This document shows positions 10,140 to 19,371 of a DNA stretch of 64,000 bases, in pieces (within the stretch, counting starts at the first letter, position 1; every line of letters begins with the position of its first letter). The notes below the pieces were generated by a model. That model was given only the letters and a program-made list of their open reading frames with translations, ran no database searches and was not told the DNA's origin. The stretch lies in IMG/VR virus record IMGVR_UViG_3300035180_001680. The stretch is one strand, 5' to 3'. The position numbers were made by a program, and so were the translations under genes. The DNA is from a virus. Lineage: Duplodnaviria > Caudoviricetes.

Positions 10140-10784
10140 CTAATCAATCCCAACGATTTTTTCAATTTCAACCCGAACGCGTTCGGCTGCGACACTGGTG
10201 TATGCTTCGTTGAACATTTCTCGACAAGCCTTTAAAGATTTCGGGTCTGGAGTAAATCCACGGCCAACAAATCTGTAAAAACGGATTACCCTCAAGTAGT
10301 CTTCTTTGATACGGTCTTTGGGTTTTCCAACAAAACGTAACGTTCTCGTTTTAATATCGTCCATTCCCATACCAGTTGGGTCAATAAGCTCCATCGTTTT
10401 GGTGTTAATGTATAATGCGTTTACGGTAAAATCGCGACGGTGAGCATCATCATCGATTGTTCCCAATTCAACTTCCGCGTGGCGACCATCACATACCACA
10501 TCTTTTCGGAAATTGCTGACTTCAACGGTATAACTACTGAAATGGACGTTAAGCACAAAGTGTGCGACACCAGTCAAAGACACTTCAAATCCACCGTCTT
10601 CAAACAGTTCGATTAACCGTTTCATTGGGATATCCGTAACGATGTCGTAATCATTTGGAGTTTTTTCCATCAACAAATCACGAGTCGCTCCCCCCACAAC
10701 GTAATTGTTGTCAGAAAATGCGTTTAGTACTGTAATAATTGGGAATAACTTAATTGGGCACGTTCTTTTAAAATCAATTTTCAT
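10140..10784 (-). CDS. tRNA nucleotidyltransferase (CCA-adding/poly(A) polymerase class II), head domain only
   Basis: VVGGATRDLL, DYDIVT, RRDFTVNAL, EDYLRVIRFYRF; ends at about 214 aa. Confidence 0.9.
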   Translation of the reverse strand: MKIDFKRTCPIKLFPIITVLNAFSDNNYVVGGATRDLLMEKTPNDYDIVTDIPMKRLIELFEDGGFEVSLTGVAHFVLNVHFSSYTVEVSNFRKDVVCDGRHAEVELGTIDDDAHRRDFTVNALYINTKTMELIDPTGMGMDDIKTRTLRFVGKPKDRIKEDYLRVIRFYRFVGRGFTPDPKSLKACREMFNEAYTSVAAERVRVEIEKIVGID

Positions 10785-11115
10785 CAAAGATCCTTTTTGC
10801 AGCAAAATCCAGTGTTGATAATAAAACTGGTAATGTAGTATCAAGAACACGTATACCTTGTTGTAACCAGTGTAGTATCGTGTGTTGTTCGTAAGATGTT
10901 GTGGGTATTGGTTTAATTCGTTCTGTTAATAAAAGTTGTTGATCCATATCAAGAGACGCGTTAGTCTCTTTGAGAACACAACCAATAAAGGCCCGTGCTG
11001 CCCAAGGATGGGCTTCAACGATTGTTTCTACAAAACCGGGTGTGAACGTAAGAATTTTACGCCCTGGTGTTTTTGATTTTCGTAATGTGTGGGTTTTCAT
11101 AAAGAGTATTATCAT
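10774..11115 (-). CDS. Hypothetical protein
   Basis: ORF in operon. Confidence 0.45.
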   Translation of the reverse strand: MIILFMKTHTLRKSKTPGRKILTFTPGFVETIVEAHPWAARAFIGCVLKETNASLDMDQQLLLTERIKPIPTTSYEQHTILHWLQQGIRVLDTTLPVLLSTLDFAAKRIFDEN

Positions 11116-11158
11116 AGTTAATAATGCGATAATACCTTACCCCTCAAACGAAGAAATG

Positions 11159-11407
11159 TCAACTGCTAATTTGTATACCCTTATATTTTTGGAGGAGATA
11201 ATCGAAAGTGTCGTCAAACGCATATGAATATACCATAGAACTTGGAGCTTCAAAGTATCCCCATGCTTCACGAAGACCGTTTAACTCAACTGGACCAATA
11301 TATCGTGCCAGTTCATTGAACTTTCGTGATTTTGTCATATAATCGTCGTTGTTCTTGATAGACTCAATTAAGTCTGTGATTAAGTCTGTTAATAGGCGTG
11401 TGTTCAT
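11159..11407 (-). CDS. Hypothetical protein
   Basis: ORF in operon. Confidence 0.45.
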   Translation of the reverse strand: MNTRLLTDLITDLIESIKNNDDYMTKSRKFNELARYIGPVELNGLREAWGYFEAPSSMVYSYAFDDTFDYLLQKYKGIQISS

Positions 11408-11455
11408 GTTTGCTTTGTTTGTCGTTGAATGTATTTACAAACAAAAAATGAACAG

Positions 11456-12241
11456 TTAACTATTCATTTTTTGTTCATGTTGTGCAATTTTCTTTTTGAT
11501 TATTTCGTGAGCAGGAGTTCCAGGCTTTGTTTTTGATAAAGCCGTTTTGTGAACTTCTAATTCCTTTTTGAGTCGTTCTTGTTCCGCCGCTCTTCTACTG
11601 TCTTGCATTTGTTTAATTACACGTTGTTCTACTTCTTCTCTTGATTCTTTCCGGCGTAGTGTTACTCTATCGTTCATATCAGACCAAGCACGGTATTCTG
11701 AATTTCGTTGTTCGATTAGCATAGATGATTGTAATTTCATAAATGTGTCTTCATTAGCTAATTGCATAGGCATTAACTGTATATATTCTTCGAAATTATT
11801 TGTCCGAATTGCTTCTCTTACATCTGTTGCGGATGTAATTCGGGGTGTTTGTTTTACTTGAATATTCAATCCTGTCTTTTTGTTACTCTCTTCAACAATT
11901 TCTCTATATCGCTTAATTCTGTCTTCACCAGCATAAATTGCACGAATTTGTTTTCCTTCGTTTTTTAAATGAAACAACATTCCATTTAAGTTAGCGTTCA
12001 TTACTTCGATTACAATTGCAGAAGGAAATACTTCATGTATTAACGATTTTTGTTGTTTAAACGATAATGGATTGTTAACTTTATCTTCTGAAGAGTTTTT
12101 GCCTTTAACAACTGCGATTATAGGATTCTTCATAGATTCAATTATAGAAGCGTGCCCTTTGTGGAACGGTTGGAATCGTCCCACAAATAAATCATATTCT
12201 TGTCCTTCTTCAATGAGATACTGTTTAAACGTCTTTGTCAT
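11456..12241 (-). CDS. Cytidylyltransferase/NMNAT-like HIGH nucleotidyltransferase
   Basis: FVGRFQPFHKGH; N-terminus MTKTFKQYLIEE. Confidence 0.8.
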   Translation of the reverse strand: MTKTFKQYLIEEGQEYDLFVGRFQPFHKGHASIIESMKNPIIAVVKGKNSSEDKVNNPLSFKQQKSLIHEVFPSAIVIEVMNANLNGMLFHLKNEGKQIRAIYAGEDRIKRYREIVEESNKKTGLNIQVKQTPRITSATDVREAIRTNNFEEYIQLMPMQLANEDTFMKLQSSMLIEQRNSEYRAWSDMNDRVTLRRKESREEVEQRVIKQMQDSRRAAEQERLKKELEVHKTALSKTKPGTPAHEIIKKKIAQHEQKMNS

Positions 12242-13359
12242 TTCACTATTCCTTGTTCACGAAGCACTGAAACTATTCTATTAATAGTTTCTTTTCGCTC
12301 TTGTGTTAACCCTTGTTTTATATTTATTCTTTTCTTTTCTTTTTGTAAAAGATTGGCAAGAGTGATGTATAATTCTTCAGCCCACCAATGATAATTATTA
12401 ATTAATGGACCCATAAACAACGGAAGAAGTGAATACGTTATGTTAGAAAAACGTTGCTCTTTTTGAACTAACATAAATTGGTTAAGGTTTTTAAGTTCTT
12501 CACTGTGTATCATACACATTAACAATGTTAATCTTGATATAAAGTAAATGAAAGTGTCATCTGTGGTTTCGTCTAGTGAGAATGTGGTATGTTTTATATA
12601 TAGATCCACGTCCTCTTCTAAATGTTGAAATATAATATCCGTTAACAGTTTCTTAAAGTCACTCATTTCATTATATCGTTCTTCTTGTTTATCTGAAGTA
12701 AACAGTGGGTCCACAAGTTTTGCAGAACATTTATTGTTTTCAAAGTAAAATACAAGCCCCTCATATCCCCCTTCGTGTAACCAACTTAAGTGTTCTGGTG
12801 TTTTGAATATAGACATAATATATTCAATAAACTCTTTTCCGCCATATTTGTGTTTTCGTTCTTCTGCTGACGTTATAACAAATGATTTAATTTGTTTTTT
12901 CTGGTTTTCTGATAATTTTCCACTGAACAACACAGGAGGTTCAGAAATGTCTAATAGAGATGCAATACGTTTATTTTCAGGGTTAGTTGGTAATAGTGTA
13001 GAACCACTCTGATTAATATATGACAATATTAAGTTGTTTTTGGGTTTAGTTGAATATTGGACTTTAGTTTTTAGTTTTTCGTTAAACAATTCCAAATATA
13101 TTTCAGAATTATCTGGAATTTTGTTGGATAAAAGAGGCTCAATATGATGAATGCAATCTTCATAAATGTCCATCGTTGAACGTTTTATGTTATTAATTTC
13201 CCCACGACCTTCTCTTCCGTGGTAAGAAAATATTCCATCATTCTTCTTAATTACAAATGCACACTGGTCAATCTTCACGTTGATAACCACAGTATCATTC
13301 AAAAGATTATCCAAATAGGTGTCACCTTTTTTGGTATAAATGTCGTGTAAATGTTCCAC
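12238..13359 (-). CDS. RNA-ligase-like nucleotidyltransferase-fold protein
   Basis: VKIDQ (motif I-like), PVLFSG, YEGLV (IV), AKLV (V); motif I is non-canonical. Confidence 0.45.
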   Translation of the reverse strand: MEHLHDIYTKKGDTYLDNLLNDTVVINVKIDQCAFVIKKNDGIFSYHGREGRGEINNIKRSTMDIYEDCIHHIEPLLSNKIPDNSEIYLELFNEKLKTKVQYSTKPKNNLILSYINQSGSTLLPTNPENKRIASLLDISEPPVLFSGKLSENQKKQIKSFVITSAEERKHKYGGKEFIEYIMSIFKTPEHLSWLHEGGYEGLVFYFENNKCSAKLVDPLFTSDKQEERYNEMSDFKKLLTDIIFQHLEEDVDLYIKHTTFSLDETTDDTFIYFISRLTLLMCMIHSEELKNLNQFMLVQKEQRFSNITYSLLPLFMGPLINNYHWWAEELYITLANLLQKEKKRINIKQGLTQERKETINRIVSVLREQGIVK

Positions 13360-13366
13360 TTTTAAT

Positions 13367-13936
13367 TTATATTTGATATGTTAATTTTGGTAATCCTTGA
13401 TGGGAAAAATCCACGTTTAGTAGGTTACAAGCCCGAGCGTGGTGTTCCAATGTCAAGCCAATCTCATACTGTATATAAAGTAGATGTGATTCAATATCAG
13501 GTATTAATATGGAAGCAGACGGACTTATTAAGTCAGGGTCATCATCAACGATGATGAAATTGTCAACATAATGAACATCCAACCAACGTTTTATTTCTTC
13601 AGTTCTCCCACCATCACCGGCTCTTGGTGTGTGCCAATTTTGGTGTAACTGAATTTTCAAATTGTTGTTTTTGAATGTCAGTTCAATTTGTTCTCGAGAC
13701 GCATAATGAAACCAGTTTGATGAAATAACTCCAACAACATCATTGTTCTCTGTCCACACGTTAAAGAAACTGACGGCAATTGGGTCAAATTTAACAATGT
13801 TGTGTAAATCCTTGTGTCCAAAGGGATGATTTCCAGATTTTCGGGATTCATTTAAAAGTTGAATATTTTCAGGTAGACACCAAGCTCTACGTGGAAGTAG
13901 TGGTCCGTCGATGTCTATAAATATGATTTGTGACAT
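13367..13936 (-). CDS. HAD phosphatase (Swiss-Army-Knife RNA-repair-like)
   Basis: IFIDIDG, ISSNW, RTEEIKRWL, FIIVDD. Confidence 0.85.
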   Translation of the reverse strand: MSQIIFIDIDGPLLPRRAWCLPENIQLLNESRKSGNHPFGHKDLHNIVKFDPIAVSFFNVWTENNDVVGVISSNWFHYASREQIELTFKNNNLKIQLHQNWHTPRAGDGGRTEEIKRWLDVHYVDNFIIVDDDPDLISPSASILIPDIESHLLYIQYEIGLTLEHHARACNLLNVDFSHQGLPKLTYQI

Positions 13937-14224
13937 TTACGATTGAGCTTTCCTAATAGCTTTATCTTCAATCCATGTAACTTCTTTGCTGTTCAATTCT
14001 TTTTTCCAATTGAATTTTTTTGCGTGGTTGTTTTTATAAAAAGCGTCTGTAATGTGGACTTGATAATCTGTGGGACTATCACCAGTACCATAACCATCGG
14101 GGGTAATTGTTACTTCAAGTTCAAAAGTAATCTTATCGTTTTCATTTTCAGTTTCGTGGGTGTAATCAATTTCAACTGGTACAGTTTCTGCTCTGTTATT
14201 TTCAAAAAGTTGTTTTAGTTTCAT
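13937..14224 (-). CDS. Hypothetical late protein, MKLKQLFE N-terminus
   Basis: ATAAATA upstream; shared N-terminal motif. Confidence 0.6.
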   Translation of the reverse strand: MKLKQLFENNRAETVPVEIDYTHETENENDKITFELEVTITPDGYGTGDSPTDYQVHITDAFYKNNHAKKFNWKKELNSKEVTWIEDKAIRKAQS

Positions 14225-14257
14225 GGTAGTTTCCTTTGTATGGATAATATATTTATC

Positions 14258-14506
14258 TTACCACGAATCGTAATCTGTGAGATCAATTTCTTCTCCAGTT
14301 ACTGCCTCTTGAACTTTCACAATTATCCCAAGACTGGTTGGAGTAAACTTGTAAGTTAACCCACCTCCAATCGCCCCATAATATGGAGCTCCTTTCATTG
14401 AAAGTCCAGGAGGTAGGTCTGATTGAGAGTTAAAAGCTTTTTCGTACACTTCATCCTGCCACACGTAAAGTCTTTCTAGTTGTTTTTGATCAAGCGCAAA
14501 CATCAT
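14258..14506 (-). CDS. Hypothetical phage protein
   Basis: YYGAIGGGLTYKFTPTSLG; overlapping stop/start with neighbour. Confidence 0.6.
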   Translation of the reverse strand: MMFALDQKQLERLYVWQDEVYEKAFNSQSDLPPGLSMKGAPYYGAIGGGLTYKFTPTSLGIIVKVQEAVTGEEIDLTDYDSW

Positions 14507-14724
14507 TCTTCATCCTCTTCGAACCAATTTGGGTGTAATTCTTTGAACACTTCTCGAACTAGTGGATTTTCCCAATAATTGCTGTCACTTTCACAGTCCC
14601 AATCCATATCTTCAAGTTCGCTAATTAAATGTCGTAAAAACTGTTTTTTGTCTGTAACAGGATTTTCACCTATTAAAATGTCACAAACCTTATCAAACAC
14701 GATTGTTCCGCCACACCACCCCAT
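14503..14724 (-). CDS. Hypothetical phage protein
   Basis: MGWCGGT...DWDCESDS; operon packing. Confidence 0.6.
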   Translation of the reverse strand: MGWCGGTIVFDKVCDILIGENPVTDKKQFLRHLISELEDMDWDCESDSNYWENPLVREVFKELHPNWFEEDEE

Positions 14725-15210
14725 ATTAATTCTCCTTGTTCACCAATCGCTGTTAAGCAACTGTTTACTGATAAACACAGGAGAATTTAAAGAACATGAA
14801 TTTCTTGGGTCTTCTGTGTCTGTTGATATCACAGCTTGTATATCATCTTCACCAATTTCTGTTCCTCGAGTTTTGTCGGAAGTCGTAACATATCCTGAAA
14901 AATAGAAAAGGTATTTTGGTTGTTTCATCTATACACATCCTGTTGGTTTTGGTGTTCCAGCATATCTTCCAGCTTGTTTCGCTGGACCAAAAGGGAACAA
15001 ATCAAACAAAAATTTCTTCTCTCCCCACTCATCTCCAATTAAGGCTCCGTACAACCCACCCAGTATCTTATCAGATTGATTAAACCATTCTTCTCGTATC
15101 AATTTAACATCCTCTCGTGAATATTACTAACATTTAACATTCCTTACATATAAATTATTTTGTTACAATTCAATAAATATTATACACTATTTAAACATTA
15201 AAGTCAACTT

Positions 15211-15783
15211 ATGAAGAAAACAGTTTTGGACACGACTGTCCACAGTTTATCATTAGCATTAAAGGAACGGGACATCGTTACAGGACTTCATTCTGAACGA
15301 GTGTGTGAACTTGCGAGATTATTAGCACAAGAACTTAAGATTACAAACAAGGATTTTCATGTTCTTAAAATGGGGGCATGTTTTCATGACATTGGAAAAA
15401 TAGGGATACCTGATAGTATTTTATTAAAAACATCTTCATTAACTGAAAAAGAGTGGGAGAAGATGAAAACCCATACAGTTATTGGTCAACAGATTGTCAA
15501 TGCTTTGGGTGTTGAAGGGTGTATTGAAGCAGGAACAATTGTTCGGCATCATCACGAATGGTTTAACGGGGAAGGATACCCCGACCAACTCGTTGGTAAG
15601 GATATCCCGCTAAATTCCCGAATTGTTAGTATAGTTGACGCATATGATGCTTTAGTATCTCATAGAACGTACCATTGTTCATTGACACACGAAGAAGCAA
15701 TTGAAACCTTAAAAACAGAAACTGGAACTAAATTCGATCCTGAAATAATGAAGGTGTTTTTATCAATTACAAAACCGTCTTAA
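15211..15783 (+). CDS. HD-GYP domain phosphodiesterase
   Basis: HSERV, FHDIGKIGIPDSIL, HHEWFNGEGYP, RIVSIVDAYDAL; ATAAATA at about 15173. Confidence 0.92.
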   Translation: MKKTVLDTTVHSLSLALKERDIVTGLHSERVCELARLLAQELKITNKDFHVLKMGACFHDIGKIGIPDSILLKTSSLTEKEWEKMKTHTVIGQQIVNALGVEGCIEAGTIVRHHHEWFNGEGYPDQLVGKDIPLNSRIVSIVDAYDALVSHRTYHCSLTHEEAIETLKTETGTKFDPEIMKVFLSITKPS

Positions 15784-15960
15784 TTACCATCCTCCTGAAG
15801 AACCGCCAACGTCAGTCAAATGACGCACTACTGGAATCCGAATCAAAAGAAGACCAACTACCAGAACTACAAAATTAGTTAGTAGTTGTTGATTTTTACC
15901 TATATCTCAAAATAGTTTCACTGCTGACCTTATAAACGATTAAAGGGTCAACAGATATTT

Positions 15961-16599
15961 TTAATCAGGTTTCCAAATAGGGTCAATTAGAACTAACTGG
16001 GGACCAACAGAAGTTAACCTTGCCATAATGTTTCCTGAATGTAAGTCTAAATCTGCTATAGTACCATACGTGCGTAAGAAATTAACAACTTCTTCAAATT
16101 GAGCATTGCGCTCAATTTTTTTGTTAACAATAGCATCATGATAATAATTAATCAATTGACTCGTTGCAAGACTTTTGGCAAACTGTTCACTCATTCCGAG
16201 TGCCTGAAGTTGGTGAGAAATAGCATCTTTAATTTTAGGAGAATTTAATGGTAATAATTTTTCCATGTCAACAACTCCTGTATTATCATAAACAGAATCT
16301 ATTCTGTTGATGTATATATCAAACTCTTTCCGATACAGACGAATTTTATAAATTCGAGGTAAAAAGGGGTTATTTTGGTGTTTTTGAATAAACCGCAGGA
16401 ATTGAAGATACCCATCTTCTTCTGTGTTAAAACCAAAGACTTTTGTTACCACTCCAGGCTTCTTTATTCTATCAACTACAACAGCCTGAAGGCCAGCTCC
16501 AAGGCGTTTTAATGAATCTGTGTCTGTGTAACCATTTCTAACTTTAACACTATCAGATTTTCGAAGAGCTTCTCCTCCGATAATTTCAAATAACTTCAT
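15961..16599 (-). CDS. Ser/Thr protein kinase, T7 gp0.7-like
   Basis: LGAGLQAVV, VTKV, LPRIYKI, DLHSGNIM, LIDP parallel T7 0.7 (LGNGHFS...DMHSGNIM...ITDP). Confidence 0.8.
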   Translation of the reverse strand: MKLFEIIGGEALRKSDSVKVRNGYTDTDSLKRLGAGLQAVVVDRIKKPGVVTKVFGFNTEEDGYLQFLRFIQKHQNNPFLPRIYKIRLYRKEFDIYINRIDSVYDNTGVVDMEKLLPLNSPKIKDAISHQLQALGMSEQFAKSLATSQLINYYHDAIVNKKIERNAQFEEVVNFLRTYGTIADLDLHSGNIMARLTSVGPQLVLIDPIWKPD

Positions 16600-16625
16600 A
16601 CAATACTCCGATTTTGAGTATTTAT

Positions 16626-16658
16626 CAACCTCTCAACTAAGAAAACCCCAGATGCTTC
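16626..16658 (+). mobile_element. Remnant of the IS left end
   Basis: TTTAT|CAACCTCTCAACTAAGAAAACCCCAGATGCTTC nearly identical to the element start at 52697. Confidence 0.75.
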
Positions 16659-16720
16659 TTAAAATATTATAGTTAGAATCGTTTTGATAGTCAACTACCT
16701 CGTTTCCTTGTTATATATGT

Positions 16721-16805
16721 TGGTCCACCCGGAGGGATTCGAACCCTCATAGTCAAAGACGCGAGATTAAAAGTCTCGTACCGTACCAGTTCGGTGTCGG
16801 ATGGA
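16721..16805 (-). tRNA. tRNA-Lys(UUU), long variable arm
   Basis: CGAGA-CTTTTAA-TCTCG anticodon arm, T-arm, CCA. Confidence 0.85.
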
Positions 16806-16809
16806 AATA

Positions 16810-16883
16810 TGGTACACCGCCACGGTATTGAGCCGTGTTCTACAGGGTAAGAGCCTATTGCATCACCTTAATGCTTGCGGTGC
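16810..16883 (-). tRNA. tRNA-Lys(CUU)
   Basis: ATAGG-CTCTTAC-CCTGT; CCA. Confidence 0.85.
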
Positions 16884-16892
16884 ATTATATTT

Positions 16893-16967
16893 TGGTAGGG
16901 CGCCTGGAATTCGAATCCAGCCTAAAAGATTAAAAGTCTTCTGTGCTTCCGCTGACACTAACACCCC
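16893..16967 (-). tRNA. tRNA-Lys(UUU)
   Basis: GAAGA-CTTTTAA-TCTTT; CCA. Confidence 0.85.
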
Positions 16968-16980
16968 ATTAAATTCCACT

Positions 16981-17069
16981 TGCTCCGGTCCGAGGAATCG
17001 AACCTCGCCTCCTTTCGGAGCCTTCGCATTAACAGTGCGAGACCTTCACCAAGCCAGTCCGACCGGAGC
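16981..17069 (-). tRNA. tRNA-Asn(GUU), long variable arm, no encoded CCA
   Basis: TCGCA-CTGTTAA-TGCGA; V-arm CTCC-GAAA-GGAG. Confidence 0.85.
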
Positions 17070-17080
17070 AAGTGAAACTT

Positions 17081-17154
17081 TGGTAGTCCCTAGAAGAATT
17101 GAACTTCTGTATCTGCCATGTCACGACAGCACTCTACCATTGAGTTAAGGGACT
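17081..17154 (-). tRNA. tRNA-Val(GAC)
   Basis: CTGTC-GTGACAT-GGCAG; CCA. Confidence 0.8.
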
Positions 17155-17160
17155 ATTAAA

Positions 17161-17173
17161 TTTTTAAAGAACA
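17161..17173 (-). promoter_or_regulatory. boxA-like element
   Basis: TGTTCTTTAAAAA between terminator and first tRNA; rrn boxA consensus TGCTCTTTAACA. Confidence 0.65.
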
Positions 17174-17174
17174 T

Positions 17175-17207
17175 AAAAAAAGCCTCGGGAGATTTCTCTG
17201 CCGAGGC
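17175..17207 (-). terminator. Intrinsic terminator of attenuator 1
   Basis: GCCTCGGCAGAG-AAAT-CTCCCGAGGC followed by T7. Confidence 0.9.
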
Positions 17208-17227
17208 CTATTAACTTTTGTTTACTT

Positions 17228-17329
17228 TCAGATGATTAGTTTGATTTCAACAGTCAATGCCTCGGCGTGTGAACGTTTATTATTAACGTTTACATTATTG
17301 ATAAAAATTGGTTTAGTTGAATCGAACAT
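17228..17329 (-). CDS. Leader peptide 1 (Asn/Val/Lys): MFDSTKPIFINNVNVNNKRSHAEALTVEIKLII
   Basis: 33 codons; contains antiterminator GCCGAGGC (17259-17266) complementary to the terminator 5' arm. Confidence 0.85.
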   Translation of the reverse strand: MFDSTKPIFINNVNVNNKRSHAEALTVEIKLII

Positions 17330-17365
17330 TTGTAAATTCTTTAAGTTTGTTAAGTTAGTGTTATA

Positions 17366-17394
17366 AGTATATATGACTTATTTATGAAAGTCAA
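17366..17394 (-). promoter_or_regulatory. tRNA-operon promoter 1 (sigma70 plus embedded late ATAAATA)
   Basis: TTGACT-N17-TATACT with ATAAATA in the spacer; same block at 23326, 36623, 60373. Confidence 0.9.
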
Positions 17395-17592
17395 CAAAAG
17401 TTTACAGATAACTGTTGCAACTTCATAATCTTTAGATTTTTTTCAAATCTTCGTCATCTTTTTCATATCCTTTTTTGAAATCCCTCATACCTCTGTCAAA
17501 TTGTTTTTCAAGCGTACGAAGTCGGCGTGGTTCCTATGTTTTTTTGATAGTTCAGTAAATTCGTCTACTAAATCCGCTTGTGTATCTTCCAC

Positions 17593-17868
17593 TCATTCAG
17601 ACATTAAATGGGTTGCATCTTCACGCAACTGTTTTGTCTTACCTTTTGTGATTTCACTTTCATTCAACTTTTCCATACCACTCTTCGTAATCTTTCCAAC
17701 AATCTTTCCATCTTTCTTTACTTCGACAGGGTATCCCGTCTTTTCAGAATGTTTCTTCATTGTCGAAATCACTTCTGGTGTAAGATTAGCAGCACTCGTG
17801 ATAAATCCATTGGACTTTGAACAATAAAACTTATATAATTCAGTTTCAAATAATTGTTTTAATTTCAT
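17593..17868 (-). CDS. Hypothetical late protein, MKLKQLFETE N-terminus
   Basis: ATAAATA upstream; shared N-terminal motif. Confidence 0.55.
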   Translation of the reverse strand: MKLKQLFETELYKFYCSKSNGFITSAANLTPEVISTMKKHSEKTGYPVEVKKDGKIVGKITKSGMEKLNESEITKGKTKQLREDATHLMSE

Positions 17869-18018
17869 TATTTTTCTCGGTTATTCGAGTTATTTATTAT
17901 TAAGCGTGTTGGTTTCCAATAATCATAAAGTGATTGTATAAAACATGATTTTTACCACGTAAAAACCAAATCACGGTTGCCATTGCTCTCAAAGACGTTG
18001 TTTTAATTACCATTTGAC

Positions 18019-18237
18019 TTATCCTTGAAGGCTTTCATGGGCCTTTTCATTTAAAATATACCCATATTTATCGGAAAACTCATTCAATTCATCATCAGAC
18101 ATATTTGACCCATCTTCAAACGTACCTGAACAAAAATAAGCATCACAGAAATCAGGATAATCTAAAGAATCAACTCCATCAACCTCCAACGAATTAACAT
18201 TTACTTCTTTATCATTGATAATAAATTGTTCAGTCAT
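18019..18237 (-). CDS. Hypothetical phage protein
   Basis: VDGVDSLDYPDFCDAYF; operon packing. Confidence 0.6.
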   Translation of the reverse strand: MTEQFIINDKEVNVNSLEVDGVDSLDYPDFCDAYFCSGTFEDGSNMSDDELNEFSDKYGYILNEKAHESLQG

Positions 18238-18521
18238 AGTTTTTCATTCCTTTCCAAGATTGGATTAATAGTTACACCAGAAGGGCAATCGTTATTTTCA
18301 AAAAGTTTAAAATTTGTGTATGGGTTACCACAAACAACACATTTTGTATATGGAGTTATTGAAGATCTTTGTCCATTATATAATGTTTGTTGGTCTTCAA
18401 TTGATAGTGTATCGAAATATTCATTAAAAGTGTTAACAATATTTTGAACATATGCCAATGATACACCAAAATGAACCTGTCCACATTTTTTACACGTCGT
18501 ATATCTGATATCGTTGTTCAT
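18234..18521 (-). CDS. Zn-finger hypothetical protein
   Basis: CKKCG...CVVCG. Confidence 0.6.
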   Translation of the reverse strand: MNNDIRYTTCKKCGQVHFGVSLAYVQNIVNTFNEYFDTLSIEDQQTLYNGQRSSITPYTKCVVCGNPYTNFKLFENNDCPSGVTINPILERNEKL

Positions 18522-18538
18522 TTTTCATCTCCATAAAT

Positions 18539-18614
18539 TGGTCCCGTCGGTCAGATTCGAACTGACAAAATAATAGTTTAGGAAACTATTGCCTTTCCCT
18601 TTGGCTTCGACGAG
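18539..18614 (-). tRNA. tRNA-Arg(CCU)
   Basis: ATAGT-TTCCTAA-ACTAT; CCA. Confidence 0.85.
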
Positions 18615-18622
18615 AAAGAGTC

Positions 18623-18829
18623 TTACTTCTTAACCCTTTTTAAAGCATCTTTGCGCATTAACACTGTTCTATCATTTCCATATTTGTGAACTTGAAGAAA
18701 CTCAACTCCGTCGATTGAACGAATGTCATAGATGTCGTTGCATTCCCACCGCTCCTGATTTATCGGGTTTTCAAAAATCCCTGGAACTGGTACTGGTTTT
18801 ACTGCTTGTTTTACTTTTCGCTTATCCAT
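18623..18829 (-). CDS. Hypothetical phage protein
   Basis: ORF with RBS. Confidence 0.55.
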   Translation of the reverse strand: MDKRKVKQAVKPVPVPGIFENPINQERWECNDIYDIRSIDGVEFLQVHKYGNDRTVLMRKDALKRVKK

Positions 18830-18984
18830 TTTTATTCCTTTTTGGTGTCAACTTCAAATTCTTTTTGAAGTTGTTCTAACAATAAACGCCTAGATTCTTT
18901 ATCTTTTCTAAGTTTTTGTAACTTTCGTTCTTTTGCCTTTTGAGCTCGAAGTTGTGCTTTTTTACCCGTTCTACTTCTGCCTCA

Positions 18985-19272
18985 TCACTCAATCTGAATT
19001 TCTTTGAAAATTTGTAATCGTTGTTTTGTGTCCGTTAACCATTCTTTTGATGTAGTATGAGCACCTTCATCGTAATCTTTATCGCCATTGTAAATGCACA
19101 CAACACAATTAGTTGTGACTAATAAAATTTCCCGATGTTCTTCATCGATCTTAATTTCATCAAACGATTCTCCATCAAAAAACACAAAGCAGTCTTCATT
19201 TTCAGAAATAATAGAAATAACCTTTTCAGTGAATTTGCGTGCATTTAACCAACGTTTATCAAAAATGTTCAT
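18985..19272 (-). CDS. Hypothetical protein
   Basis: ORF in operon. Confidence 0.5.
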   Translation of the reverse strand: MNIFDKRWLNARKFTEKVISIISENEDCFVFFDGESFDEIKIDEEHREILLVTTNCVVCIYNGDKDYDEGAHTTSKEWLTDTKQRLQIFKEIQIE

Positions 19273-19371
19273 TCTGGGTCACCTGTTATAGTTAACATAT
19301 CGGTTGTACTTTTGAGCACCATTTAAATTTTCTTTAAGTGTATATTAATACTCTATACTTTCAAGGCGGTC

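Noticed and set aside
14930-15110. ADP-ribosylglycohydrolase-like GLYGALIGD frame
   Set aside because: Short frame with no start codon and no further motifs; at most a remnant.
16801-17148. Plus-strand ORFs over tRNA arrays (also 21662, 22542, 36002, 57709, 58699, 59544, 59972)
   Set aside because: They are antisense shadows of tRNA genes with no protein motifs.
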